A DNA stretch of 64,000 nucleotides, from assembly GCA_964612745.1 (NCBI GenBank), contig CAZTCH010000003.1, forward strand, positions 61,931 through 125,930. Reading direction: 5' to 3'. The position numbers and the translations under genes were made by a program. The notes beneath the pieces are model-generated. The model worked only from the letters and a program-made list of their open reading frames with translations, was not told the DNA's origin and searched no databases. The DNA is from an uncultured Candidatus Saccharibacteria bacterium. Lineage in GTDB: Bacteria; Patescibacteriota; Doudnabacteria; UBA920. Shown one piece after another: positions 19,716-28,860 of the stretch; positions within the stretch are counted from its first letter, which is position 1; each line of letters starts with the position of its first letter.

Positions 19716-22700
19716 ATGGCAGACTTACTAGAAAATTTAAATGCGGAACAGTTGCAAGCGGTCACACACCAGAGTGGGCCGTTGTTGATTGTGGCTGGTG
19801 CGGGTACGGGGAAAACAACGGTTATTACTCGTCGCATCGCATGGCTTATCCAACAAAAACTTGCGAAGCCAGAACAAATTTTGGCACTCACCTTTACCGA
19901 AAAAGCAGCAAGTGAAATGGAAGAGCGAGTCGATTTACTCATGCCACTCGGATACGTTGATTTTTGGATTTCTACGTTCCATGCTTTTTGTGAACGCATC
20001 TTAAAACAGCACGCACTCGAAGTGGGGTTGTCCAATGACTTTAAACTGCTAGACGACACACAGCAGTGGATTTTGATTCACAAAAATTTAGATAAGTTTA
20101 AACTGGAGTACTATAAACCGTTGGGTAACCCGAGTAAGTTTATTGGCGCGCTCTTGCAGCACATTAGCCGCTGTAAAGATGAACTCATAACTCCAGAAGT
20201 GTACAAGGCGTATGCAGACACACTGGCAACGCAAGAGCTTGCAGCGCAGCTGTTACCCGATACCGAAAGTGGTACAGAAGAATTGCGCATTCGCGAACTT
20301 GCAGAAGCTTTTCGGGTGTACCAGCAACTACTGCTAGACAACGACTACTTAGATTTTGGAGACTTAATAAACTACACGCTGCACCTGTTCCAGCAGCGTC
20401 CGGCAGTGTTGGAGCATTACCGCCAGAAGTTTAGCCATATTTTAGTGGACGAGTTCCAAGACACTAACTACGCACAATACGAATTGGTGCGGCTTTTGGC
20501 GCAACCCCCTAAAGAGGTCAAAAGTCAAAAGTCTATCAAGTCTGAACGGCCAGACTCTGGCGTGAAGACGTTGGACGTTCAACGTTTGACTAATTTGACG
20601 GTAGTGGGGGATGATGACCAATCCATTTACAAATTTCGTGGGGCGAGTGTTTCGAACATTTTAAAGTTTAAAGACGACTTCCCCGAGTTAACGCAAGTAA
20701 CACTGACCCAGAACTATCGGTCCGTGCAGTCAATTTTGGATTTGTCGTATAAGCTCATTCAAAACAATAATCCTGAGCGGTTGGAAGTAAAGTTAGGCAT
20801 TAGCAAGCGACTCATTAATCCAACGGAAGTCGCAGGTGGAGAGCCTGCTTTGGGGGGTCCCGCAGAAGGCGGGATAACGAGTAAGAGTGGGGAGATACAA
20901 GTACTCGAAGGGCGAGATTTGAGTGATGAACTTGATCTGGTCGTTAAGAAAATATTACAGCTCAAAAAAGAAGCTCCAGAAACGAGCTGGAATGATTTTT
21001 GTATTCTGATTCGCTCGCGTGGAGCAAGTGACGAAATTTTACCACGCCTTGAAGCTGCGGGTATTCCGTTTACGTACCTCGCGAACACGGGGTTGTACCG
21101 CAAGCCGTTGATTGCAGATTTGATTGGTTATTTAAAACTACTCGACAACTACCACGACTCGGCGAGTGTCTTCCGTACGCTCAATTTCCCACACTTTCAA
21201 TTGCCTGTCCAAGATGTGGCGCATATTACTCAGTACGCACGGAAGTACACGCTGTCTGTGTACGAAGTACTACGCAAAGTGCAAGAGGCTCCCGAGACCG
21301 AAGGGCTGGAAAAAATAGAAGCAAAGAGTCGGGCGACTATAACTGAACTACTTGGGCTTATACATACACACACAGAACACACAAAAACCATGAGCGCTGT
21401 GGAAGTCTTTGTGCACGTTATAAAAGATTTACATGTGGTGGATTTCCTGGAAGAAGAAACTTTAGAAAATGTGCAAAACAGAGAATTGCTCGAACAGTTT
21501 TACAAGAAGGTAGAAACGTTTGAGCAAGACAAAGTAACGAGCGACAAGTCGCTGAAAGCATTTTTGTTTGATTTGGAATTGGAGCTTCGTGCAGGGCACG
21601 ATGGCGACATTAAGTTTGACCCGAACCAAGGTCCGGAAAGCGTGAAGGTGCTCACTGTACACGCTTCTAAGGGGTTGGAGTTCCAAAATGTGTTTATCGT
21701 AAACTTGGTGGACCAACGTTTTCCGACTCGTGAAAAGTCGAGCGGTATAGAAATTCCTGAAGCGCTGGTAAAAGATATTTTGCCCGAAGGAGACTTTCAC
21801 CTGCAAGAAGAGCGACGGTTATTTTATGTAGCAATTACTCGAGCAAAGGCTCGCGTGTATTTTTCCTGGGCGAAGGATTACGGCGGATCTAGAGCAAAGA
21901 AGCCGTCCATTTTCTTGCAAGAGTTGGACCTTGTGCCAAGTGACAAAGTAAACAAAGCGACAGGAAAAGTGGTGTTTACCAAACCAGATGAGCACCCAAG
22001 GCGCGAGGTGTACCAACAACTCCCTACACGTTTTTCGTACAGTGCGATTAACACTTTTTTGCGTTGTCCATTGGAGTACAAGTACGCGCACTACTTAAAG
22101 TTGCCACTGCCCGGAGCAGCACCACTCAGTTTTGGTATAACCATTCACGGTACATTGCAAAAGTACTTAGAAGAGTATCAGCGGTCTGTGGTGGCAGCGC
22201 AAATGGATTTGTTTGATGGGCACCCTGTGGTCACACTGCCAAGCCTCGAACGACTGCTCGAACTCTATGCAGGGGAGTGGGTGGATGAATGGTACCCCAC
22301 AAAAGCCAGCAAGGAAGGGTACAGGGAAAAAGGTGTTACGGTGTTGCAGAATTTTTACAGCTATTCTACGCAACATGCCCCAAAACCAAAGTTTGTAGAA
22401 AAGGCATTTAGTTTGCCCGTGGGCGAGTTTGTGTTTACCGGAAAAATCGACCGTGCCGATGCAGCTCCGGAAGGTTTAGCGATTATTGACTACAAAACAG
22501 GAACCCCAAAGAAAAAGAAAGGGGACGAAGACGTTGACCAGTTGCGCATTTACCAGTGGGCATGCCAAGAGCAATTTGGGGAAGCTGTTGCTTCTATGGC
22601 GTATTGGTATTTGGAGAGTAACGAGTTTGTAGACATGGAAGTGGCAAAACCAGATGAGCTTTTGGACTTGCAAGAACGCCTCCTCAAAACAATTCACGAA

Positions 22701-22787
22701 ATACGTGATGCAGTGCGCTATGACCGTTTTGCAGAGCTGCACAAAAAAGCAAAGCAGCACACCTGCAACTTTGAAGACTTTGCTTAG
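19716..22787 (+). CDS. UvrD/PcrA-family SF1 helicase fused to a C-terminal PD-(D/E)xK (RecB/Cas4-like) nuclease domain.
   Basis: N-terminal LNAEQLQAV and Walker A AGAGTGKTT; helicase motifs through VHASKGLEF. The C-terminus has …IDYKTGTPKKK…YQWACQEQFGE (D/ExK-type). Start set at MADLLENL (19716) because the upstream in-frame ATG at 19611 lies inside the hairpin repeats. Confidence 0.85.
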   Translation: MADLLENLNAEQLQAVTHQSGPLLIVAGAGTGKTTVITRRIAWLIQQKLAKPEQILALTFTEKAASEMEERVDLLMPLGYVDFWISTFHAFCERILKQHALEVGLSNDFKLLDDTQQWILIHKNLDKFKLEYYKPLGNPSKFIGALLQHISRCKDELITPEVYKAYADTLATQELAAQLLPDTESGTEELRIRELAEAFRVYQQLLLDNDYLDFGDLINYTLHLFQQRPAVLEHYRQKFSHILVDEFQDTNYAQYELVRLLAQPPKEVKSQKSIKSERPDSGVKTLDVQRLTNLTVVGDDDQSIYKFRGASVSNILKFKDDFPELTQVTLTQNYRSVQSILDLSYKLIQNNNPERLEVKLGISKRLINPTEVAGGEPALGGPAEGGITSKSGEIQVLEGRDLSDELDLVVKKILQLKKEAPETSWNDFCILIRSRGASDEILPRLEAAGIPFTYLANTGLYRKPLIADLIGYLKLLDNYHDSASVFRTLNFPHFQLPVQDVAHITQYARKYTLSVYEVLRKVQEAPETEGLEKIEAKSRATITELLGLIHTHTEHTKTMSAVEVFVHVIKDLHVVDFLEEETLENVQNRELLEQFYKKVETFEQDKVTSDKSLKAFLFDLELELRAGHDGDIKFDPNQGPESVKVLTVHASKGLEFQNVFIVNLVDQRFPTREKSSGIEIPEALVKDILPEGDFHLQEERRLFYVAITRAKARVYFSWAKDYGGSRAKKPSIFLQELDLVPSDKVNKATGKVVFTKPDEHPRREVYQQLPTRFSYSAINTFLRCPLEYKYAHYLKLPLPGAAPLSFGITIHGTLQKYLEEYQRSVVAAQMDLFDGHPVVTLPSLERLLELYAGEWVDEWYPTKASKEGYREKGVTVLQNFYSYSTQHAPKPKFVEKAFSLPVGEFVFTGKIDRADAAPEGLAIIDYKTGTPKKKKGDEDVDQLRIYQWACQEQFGEAVASMAYWYLESNEFVDMEVAKPDELLDLQERLLKTIHEIRDAVRYDRFAELHKKAKQHTCNFEDFA

Positions 22788-22838
22788 TCTTACCTCACTT
22801 ACGCCAAGGTAACATCTTTTTTTCCGCTTTAAATACTT

Positions 22839-22872
22839 TGTCTAATTTTATTCACAAATGTGAGTAAAATTA
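22839..22872. repeat. 34-bp perfect palindrome, copy 1: TCTAATTTTATTCACAAATGTGAGTAAAATTAGA.
   Basis: Read directly from the sequence. The outer arms TCTAATTTTA/TAAAATTAGA and the inner arms TTCACA/TGTGAA are each reverse complements. Confidence 0.8.
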
Positions 22873-22886
22873 GACAGTGGTATGAT

Positions 22887-23561
22887 ATGAATATGGAGAG
22901 AAAAGAGATATCAATTCGAAGCCAGGTGGGTGCAATCCCTACGGATAAATTACAACACGTCGAGGCGTTACTCACTTCGGAATCAGCAAAGAGTTTGGCA
23001 ACTAACGTACTCATTGTTGCCGGAGTAGTAGGGTTGATAGGTGTGGCTTTTACTGCGCCAAATACCCTTAAACTCTTACGGCATTTTACACGAAAAAAGT
23101 ATGGCCCTTTGACAGCAAAGCAGCAAAAACAAAAGTTGCTCAAAGCATTGTATTATCTGAAACAGTCAGGGCAGATTACGCTCGAGGCTGATGCCCAAGC
23201 TGGGTTGGTGGCTCGCCTGACGGAAGTTGGCTATAGACGGTTTAGTCGGATACAGGAAGATATAAAATCTATACAAAGACCAAATGTGTGGGCAGGGACT
23301 TGGTGGCTGGTTGCCGCAGACATTCCAACTAAACAATACAGGATTGCTGCAGATATGTTCCGGCTAAAATTGCGACAACTAAAATTCTATCCTTTGCAGC
23401 GAACGCTATGGATTTACCCGTACAATCCGATGCGGGAGCTAGAGTATGTAGTCAACAAATTTCATATAGGGAGATTCGTTACTCTTATGGAAGTAAAACG
23501 TATCGATTTACAAGATAAGAAAAAACTTGTCGCATATTTTAAGAATAAACATATTTTGTAG
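22887..23561 (+). CDS. Hypothetical protein with one TM helix.
   Basis: TM helix VLIVAGVVGLIGVAFTA. The start is uncertain between 22860 and 22893 because the upstream ATGs overlap the palindrome. Confidence 0.4.
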   Translation: MNMERKEISIRSQVGAIPTDKLQHVEALLTSESAKSLATNVLIVAGVVGLIGVAFTAPNTLKLLRHFTRKKYGPLTAKQQKQKLLKALYYLKQSGQITLEADAQAGLVARLTEVGYRRFSRIQEDIKSIQRPNVWAGTWWLVAADIPTKQYRIAADMFRLKLRQLKFYPLQRTLWIYPYNPMRELEYVVNKFHIGRFVTLMEVKRIDLQDKKKLVAYFKNKHIL

Positions 23562-23566
23562 TCATT

Positions 23567-23600
23567 CTAATTTTATTCACAAATGTGAATAAAATTAGAA
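23567..23600. repeat. 34-bp palindrome, copy 2: TCTAATTTTATTCACAAATGTGAATAAAATTAGA.
   Basis: Differs from copy 1 by one nucleotide. It lies 6 nt after the stop of the flanked gene. Confidence 0.8.
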
Positions 23601-23676
23601 TGGTTAAAAAGTAAAAAAGTGTAAGGGGCGTGAACTGTGTGAGAGCGGCAGAAGTATTGGGTATGAAGAAAGGTAG

Positions 23677-24291
23677 ATGGGTATGAATACAGATAATCTA
23701 TTAGCTCATTTTGAACAGGTGGACCCTACCATGGCGGGGTTGTTGCGCAGGCATGTGCTTCCACCACGCAAAAGGGCGACGAAAAACAAATTTGAATATT
23801 TAGCGCTGACTATTTTATACCAGCAGCTCTCGACTAAGGCTGCGGGTACTATCGCTGCTCGCTTTCGGGCGTTGTTCAAGACAAAAGAATTTCCGACCCC
23901 ACAGCAGGTTTTAAAAACACCTGACGGTGTTTTGCGTTCTGTCGGAGTGTCTGGCCAAAAGGTACGATATATCAAGGATCTGGCAGATAAAGTCACATCG
24001 AAACATATACACATTGAAACGCTAGAACAGCTGTTGGACGAAGAAGTTATTGCAGAGCTAACTAAGGTAAAAGGTGTTGGACGGTGGACGGCAGAAATGT
24101 TTTTGATGTCTGCGCTTAATCGACCAGATATTTTTTCGTTTGGCGATTTGGGCTTGCGAACTGCTATTCAAAAAGCGTACGGCTATAAAGCTTTACCCAG
24201 CGTTCGGACCATGCAGCGCCTGTCCAAAAAGTGGTCACCCCACCGCACTCACGCCGCCCGCGTCCTCTGGGCTAGTTTGGATAATGAATAA
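23677..24291 (+). CDS. HhH-GPD family DNA glycosylase (AlkA / 3-methyladenine glycosylase II-like).
   Basis: Helix-hairpin-helix VKGVGRWTAEMFLM followed by the catalytic Asp in FSFGDLGL. Confidence 0.75.
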   Translation: MGMNTDNLLAHFEQVDPTMAGLLRRHVLPPRKRATKNKFEYLALTILYQQLSTKAAGTIAARFRALFKTKEFPTPQQVLKTPDGVLRSVGVSGQKVRYIKDLADKVTSKHIHIETLEQLLDEEVIAELTKVKGVGRWTAEMFLMSALNRPDIFSFGDLGLRTAIQKAYGYKALPSVRTMQRLSKKWSPHRTHAARVLWASLDNE

Positions 24292-24340
24292 AAGTACGAG
24301 CGGCATTTTCTTGTCTGAAAATGCCGCTCGTTCGTGCGGT

Positions 24341-25585
24341 TTAGTGTTGACCAAATAATTCAAAGGTAGCATGTCCATGATTTTTAACTAAAGAGTCGAT
24401 TGTTCTAAAAATCATCTCCGGTGTTACCTCGAGACTGAGCTCGATTTGTCGTTGGTTCGTTTGCCATGGTACGCCTTCTAACAAGGCGAGGGTCTGTTCG
24501 TAGAAAAGTTGGCTAGTGGGTTTTTCAAGTTCCAATTTTTCAACTAGTCGTGTTTGAGCAAAATCCAACAATTCTGTATTCCATAATGTTTCATCAACAC
24601 TTTCCCAAAAAGCGTCTCTTACCGCTTGAGAGTTTGAGGGGTTAAATCTTGATGAGAAACCCAGCGTGTATAGCCCTTTGCAATACAGTCCAAAGTTAAA
24701 GCTCTGTTGGTAGGTAAGCCCAGTTTTTTCGCGTAAATTCTGGAACAACGGCGTAGACATGCCCGCGTCCATCATTGTGGTGAAAACTTTTAAGGCAACA
24801 CCCTCATTTTCAGTAATGGAGTTATTGCGATACATCCAACAGAGCCCAAGACGGCTCTGCTGATTGCCCTGGCGTAACTCTCTCCAGTTTGGTTTGTTCA
24901 TGTTGGGGGTGGGGGCCTCGCGTACTGTCTCTCTTGTAGAGCTCATTGCGTATTTTCCAAAGCTGCTCTCAAGTATTAATTCTAAGTTTTCAGGCGATCC
25001 ACCAGTAACGATAACGGTGAGGTGATTGGTGTTTATGAGACGTTGGTGAGCGGAGCGAATGTCAACAATTGAGATCTTTTCAACTGATTCAAGCGTTCCA
25101 GTTCCTAAGTTTGCCATTTCTGTACCTGCAAATAAAAGGGCTTTTAGCCTCCTAGGGAAGTAGCGGTTTATATCATCTTGATTCTGCTTAATTTCTTCAA
25201 AGATGGCACCTCTTTCTATCTCCCAGTGTTCTTGCGCAAGTGTAGGCTCAAAGAATATTGAAGCAAGGATTTCAGCTGCTAGTGCAAATCTACGCGTGGG
25301 TATTGTAATATGGAACTCTGTATGAAGCGCACTTGTGGCGCCGTTGATACGTCCGTTATATTTTTCAAGCTCTCTCGCCACAGCAATTTTATTGGGATAT
25401 GATTTGCTACCTCGAAAAATCATGTGCTCAGTAGCGTGAAAAGTCCCAGGCAACCCTATAGGGTCACTTACTGCTCCCAAGGAAGAGTATACGCCAATTG
25501 TTGTGTACAAAACACTAGGATCAGTACAAGTAATTACTTGGATACCGTTATGCAAGCTCGCAAAATCTGGTATATTGGTCAACAT
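24341..25585 (-). CDS. Peptidase M16 (pitrilysin/insulinase family) zinc protease.
   Basis: Inverted zinc-binding motif HxxEH (FHATEHMIF) near the N-terminus, over a 414-aa length. Confidence 0.8.
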   Translation of the reverse strand: MLTNIPDFASLHNGIQVITCTDPSVLYTTIGVYSSLGAVSDPIGLPGTFHATEHMIFRGSKSYPNKIAVARELEKYNGRINGATSALHTEFHITIPTRRFALAAEILASIFFEPTLAQEHWEIERGAIFEEIKQNQDDINRYFPRRLKALLFAGTEMANLGTGTLESVEKISIVDIRSAHQRLINTNHLTVIVTGGSPENLELILESSFGKYAMSSTRETVREAPTPNMNKPNWRELRQGNQQSRLGLCWMYRNNSITENEGVALKVFTTMMDAGMSTPLFQNLREKTGLTYQQSFNFGLYCKGLYTLGFSSRFNPSNSQAVRDAFWESVDETLWNTELLDFAQTRLVEKLELEKPTSQLFYEQTLALLEGVPWQTNQRQIELSLEVTPEMIFRTIDSLVKNHGHATFELFGQH

Positions 25586-25698
25586 AGTGCCTCCTTTGGC
25601 ATGCCGTAATTGGCGATTTATTGTGCCACATTTATATGGAAAAGTAAAGCCCGTGCGCTAGTGTGCGTACGGGCTGGTTTTCATTTCTAAATCAACTT

Positions 25699-25795
25699 TT
25701 ATTGAGTTTCGTTCTAACACGGCACCCCATGCAAGGTAGACTAGTAAAAGTCCACTCACTACGGTAAGTGCAATGATAAGCAATCCTTTTTTCAT
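25699..25795 (-). CDS. Unannotated 32-aa hydrophobic peptide (MKKGLLIIALTVVSGLLLVYLAWGAVLERNSIK).
   Basis: The minus-strand ATG at 25795 is preceded 7 nt upstream by AAGGAGGA. It is followed by the GCCCGT(A)CGC…GCGCACGGGC hairpin plus T-run at ~25645-25675. Below the ORF-track size cutoff. Confidence 0.45.
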
Positions 25796-25831
25796 AGCGA
25801 GTCCTCCTTTGCGCTTTTTGCATGGTATCAT

Positions 25832-27493
25832 ATGTACATGTCAGATATAAAGTCCGAGCTCAAAAACTTGCGCCAGCAGTTGGCAGATGCAGAAGGGGTA
25901 GAGCTCTACCGCGTGTTTCAAAATGCCACAATAGACGAAATCTGCGCGAAATTGCCCAAAACCAACGAAGAGCTACTTGCTATAAAAGGAATGGGGGAAA
26001 AGAAAGTGCAAAAATACGGAGCGCGAATTTTTAAGGTCGTGAATGGGGTAGGGGGTAGTGGTTTGGACTCATTTGCGAATACAACTCCAGAGGTGGGCGC
26101 TACCTCAGTTGCGCCGGCAGAGGACGAAGCTTTTGTGGAAGATGTTGGAGCTGGCAATAAGCAAATGGTGAGTGTCAGTGAGTACATTGAATATTTAAAT
26201 TTAGTTCTGCAAAAAACAGCAGACGTAAAAATTGTAGGAGAGGTGTCGGCAAGTAAACTGTACCCGAGCGGGTTGTATTTTACCCTGAAAGATAAAAATG
26301 ACGAATCGGTGCTCAGTTGTTACATGCCCACGTACACGTACCGCGGCATGGGAATTTTACTCGAAGACGGCATGGAGGTTTCTGTAGAAGGTGTCCCACG
26401 ACTTGTGAAGCGCAATGGACGATTCCAGATTACGGTAGAGAACTTACAGTTGGTAGGAGAGGGCGCGCTGAAAAAAGCGTATGAGCAGTTAAAAAATAAA
26501 TTTAGCGCCGAAGGGTTATTTGACCGGAAGCGAGAGTTGCCAGAGTTTGTACAGTCCGTTGGGGTTATTACGTCTCGAGCTGGTGCAGTTATTCATGATT
26601 TTCGTAACAACTTAGCTAAGCTAGGTATTGCGGTGTATTTGAAAGACGTTCGCGTAGAAGGAGCGAGTAGTGCAGATATGGTTATAGAGGCGATTCGGTG
26701 GTTTAATGAAGTGCCAGTATCCATTCAGGGCCAAGTAGCGACCAAACAAACGGGTGCGAAAAAACGTGAGAGCGAGATTGCCACGCTGCTCCGAGGCGGA
26801 GCTGCTCGCAATGACAAAGCTATGGTGGATGTGGTTGTGGTCATGCGTGGGGGTGGAAGCTTAGAAGATATGCAAGCGTTTAATACCGAGGCGGTAGTCC
26901 GTGCGGTGTTTGGCTCTAAAATTCCTACTATCGTATCTATTGGTCACGACAAAGATGTGCCACTCGCGCAACTCGCAGCAGACATAATGGTCTCGACTCC
27001 CACTGCTGCAGCGCACGCAGTGTCACAGACATGGCAGCGGTTGTTCGACGATCTGCCTCGACTACAGACTGAACTTGTACACCTAGGCGATGTAAACATG
27101 CAGCGTGTAAAGACGCAGTTTCAGTTGCACACCCAAGCTGTGCTCGGCTGGTGTAGCAGACTTTCTCAAAGTTACCGTGCTACACGGGATGCACTTGTGA
27201 GCCATGTAGATCGGTATAAGAATTGGATAGCGCAAACTCGCACTGCTGTTACAGAAAGGCTTGAGCGCATTGTACAGCTACAGTCTGCTGCACGCGTGCA
27301 GTTGGTAAATCGGATTGACGCAGTAGAGGCGGTACTGGAGCAAGGCAACCCCGAGCGGCTGTTACAGTTGGGATACAGTATTGCGCATACGGAGAAGGGT
27401 ACTGTTGTGCGGTCGGTAGCAGATGTCGGTTTGGGTGAAGATCTGCACGTGCAAGTGCGAGATGGCGTAATCCACACTACCGTTAGAGAATAA
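25832..27493 (+). CDS. xseA: Exodeoxyribonuclease VII large subunit with an N-terminal HRDC-like domain.
   Basis: From residue ~115 the XseA OB-fold and core match (…FTLKD…GEGALKKAYEQLKNKFSAEGLFD…VGVITSRAGAVIHDF…). Residues 1-70 resemble an HRDC domain (LYRVFQNATIDEICAKLPKTNEELLAIKGMGEKKVQKYGARI). Confidence 0.85.
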   Translation: MYMSDIKSELKNLRQQLADAEGVELYRVFQNATIDEICAKLPKTNEELLAIKGMGEKKVQKYGARIFKVVNGVGGSGLDSFANTTPEVGATSVAPAEDEAFVEDVGAGNKQMVSVSEYIEYLNLVLQKTADVKIVGEVSASKLYPSGLYFTLKDKNDESVLSCYMPTYTYRGMGILLEDGMEVSVEGVPRLVKRNGRFQITVENLQLVGEGALKKAYEQLKNKFSAEGLFDRKRELPEFVQSVGVITSRAGAVIHDFRNNLAKLGIAVYLKDVRVEGASSADMVIEAIRWFNEVPVSIQGQVATKQTGAKKRESEIATLLRGGAARNDKAMVDVVVVMRGGGSLEDMQAFNTEAVVRAVFGSKIPTIVSIGHDKDVPLAQLAADIMVSTPTAAAHAVSQTWQRLFDDLPRLQTELVHLGDVNMQRVKTQFQLHTQAVLGWCSRLSQSYRATRDALVSHVDRYKNWIAQTRTAVTERLERIVQLQSAARVQLVNRIDAVEAVLEQGNPERLLQLGYSIAHTEKGTVVRSVADVGLGEDLHVQVRDGVIHTTVRE

Positions 27494-27640
27494 GAATAAG
27501 TTATAAAGTTTGTAAAGGTGAAAGTTTATAAAGAAGAGTTCGAGCGCTACTTCCTACACTTTACAAACTTTATAACTTTACGAACTTTACGAACTGTATA
27601 TTTACAACCTTATAAACTTTATAACTTATACGTATGTCAA
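27494..27640. repeat. AT-rich tandem/inverted ATAAAGTT-type repeats between xseA and xseB.
   Basis: gttataaagtttgtaaaggtgaaagtttataaag…actttacgaactttacgaactgtatatttacaaccttataaactttataac. Related motifs occur at 4731-4798 and 7620-7680. Confidence 0.6.
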
Positions 27641-27831
27641 AACAAGAATCTATCCAAGAGCAACTAGGTGCATTAGAAAAAGTAGTAAAATGGTTCGAAA
27701 TGCAAAAAGAAGTCGATGTGGAAAAAGGACTCGAAAAAATGAAAGAAGGGGCGGTGCTTATTAAGTCGCTCCGCACACGACTGGTAGAAGTGGAAAATGA
27801 GTTCGAAGAAATTAAAAAAGATTTAGAATAA
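27634..27831 (+). CDS. xseB: Exodeoxyribonuclease VII small subunit.
   Basis: 65-aa helical protein with the XseB pattern (LGALEKVVKWFE…VDVEKGLEKMKEGAVLIKSLRTRL…). Located right after xseA. Confidence 0.75.
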   Translation: MSKQESIQEQLGALEKVVKWFEMQKEVDVEKGLEKMKEGAVLIKSLRTRLVEVENEFEEIKKDLE

Positions 27832-27839
27832 TAAAAGAG

Positions 27840-28026
27840 ATAGAAGAAACAGAAGAATTAGATTAAGCCATCTGTGAATTCTATTCTTACTTATTCTAAG
27901 CTTTCACTTCATCCACTGGTTAGAAGTGGATGAAGAGTGAAAAAGCTCATACTTCTTATTGTATTTATTCTTCTCTAACTCTTCTAATTCTTCTAATTCT
28001 TCTACTTCTTCTAATTCTTCTCTCCT
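27840..28026. repeat. Tandem TTCTTCTAA-type (CT-rich) repeats with an internal inverted repeat.
   Basis: cttctctaactcttctaattcttctaattcttctacttcttctaattcttctctcc. The same CT-rich family recurs at 44906-44997, 48357-48432, 50540-50602 (reverse complement) and 57206-57228 (reverse complement). Confidence 0.6.
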
Positions 28027-28434
28027 ATGAAATACTATTTAGCTAAAACAGATCCAGACAGTTACTCCATATCCGATTTTGAGCGTGAAAAAAGTACCGA
28101 GTGGAGTGGCGTGCGTAATCCGCAAGCAGTACAATTTTTAAAAGCCATGCAACCACAAGACCGAGTGTTTATATATCACTCGCAAGGGGAAGGATCGCTG
28201 CGAGGTCTGGCAGAGGTACAAGGCGCAGGACATGCGGACCCTGCCAATCCCAAGAGTTGGTTGGTCACGCTACGGTTACTACACGTCTACGAAGAGCCGT
28301 TTGTGACTATTAAAGACATTCGTGCGACCGACCTATTTCCTGACTTTTTACTCTTGCGACAATCTCGGCTGTCAGTGTTGCCGGTGCCAAAAGAAGTAGT
28401 GCAGTTTCTAAAGAAGAAAAAAGTACAAGTCTAG
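28027..28434 (+). CDS. EVE (PUA-like) domain protein.
   Basis: MKYYLAKTDPDSYSISDF…EWSGVRNPQAVQFLKAMQPQDRVFIYHS matches the EVE/PUA-like family signature. Confidence 0.8.
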   Translation: MKYYLAKTDPDSYSISDFEREKSTEWSGVRNPQAVQFLKAMQPQDRVFIYHSQGEGSLRGLAEVQGAGHADPANPKSWLVTLRLLHVYEEPFVTIKDIRATDLFPDFLLLRQSRLSVLPVPKEVVQFLKKKKVQV

Positions 28435-28461
28435 GTATGTATCGCGCGGTATAGTGCCCGT

Positions 28462-28860
28462 ATGAAGTGTGTTTGTGGTATACTGTTTGTAGCAATGCAA
28501 ACATATTTCTTCTATTGGTATAGTGCGCTCGCTACCAGTCTCGTATTGTCTGGGTGCAGTTTGCTTTGGGTCTTGTTTTCTCGTTCGCCAGAGTCTTCCG
28601 GTGCAGTGGTACTCTTTTATGCTTTTACGTTTGTGCTGCTGTATGCCGCAACTTGTTTGATGCAGTTAGCGTTGCGCAAACGGTACGTGCCGGCCACCGT
28701 ACGGGATATGGTTGTGGTTTCCAATAGGCAGAGTGCGCTGTTGTCAGGCTTGGCTGTATCGCTGTTGTACTTACGTGCCGAAGATTTGCTGTACTGGTGG
28801 GTTGCGGGAACTACGGTATTACTTTTTATATGTGTCGAAGTATTTTTTAATACGCAATGA
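28462..28860 (+). CDS. Hypothetical 4-TM membrane protein.
   Basis: Four hydrophobic helices. Its stop overlaps the next gene's start (ATGA). Confidence 0.4.
   Translation: MKCVCGILFVAMQTYFFYWYSALATSLVLSGCSLLWVLFSRSPESSGAVVLFYAFTFVLLYAATCLMQLALRKRYVPATVRDMVVVSNRQSALLSGLAVSLLYLRAEDLLYWWVAGTTVLLFICVEVFFNTQ

Noticed and set aside
27840-28026. Tandem-repeat arrays (here, 44829-44997 and 60533-60605) considered as CRISPR arrays.
   Set aside because: The units are only 7-10 bp and are contiguous, with no 25-45-bp unique spacers. No cas genes are in the window.
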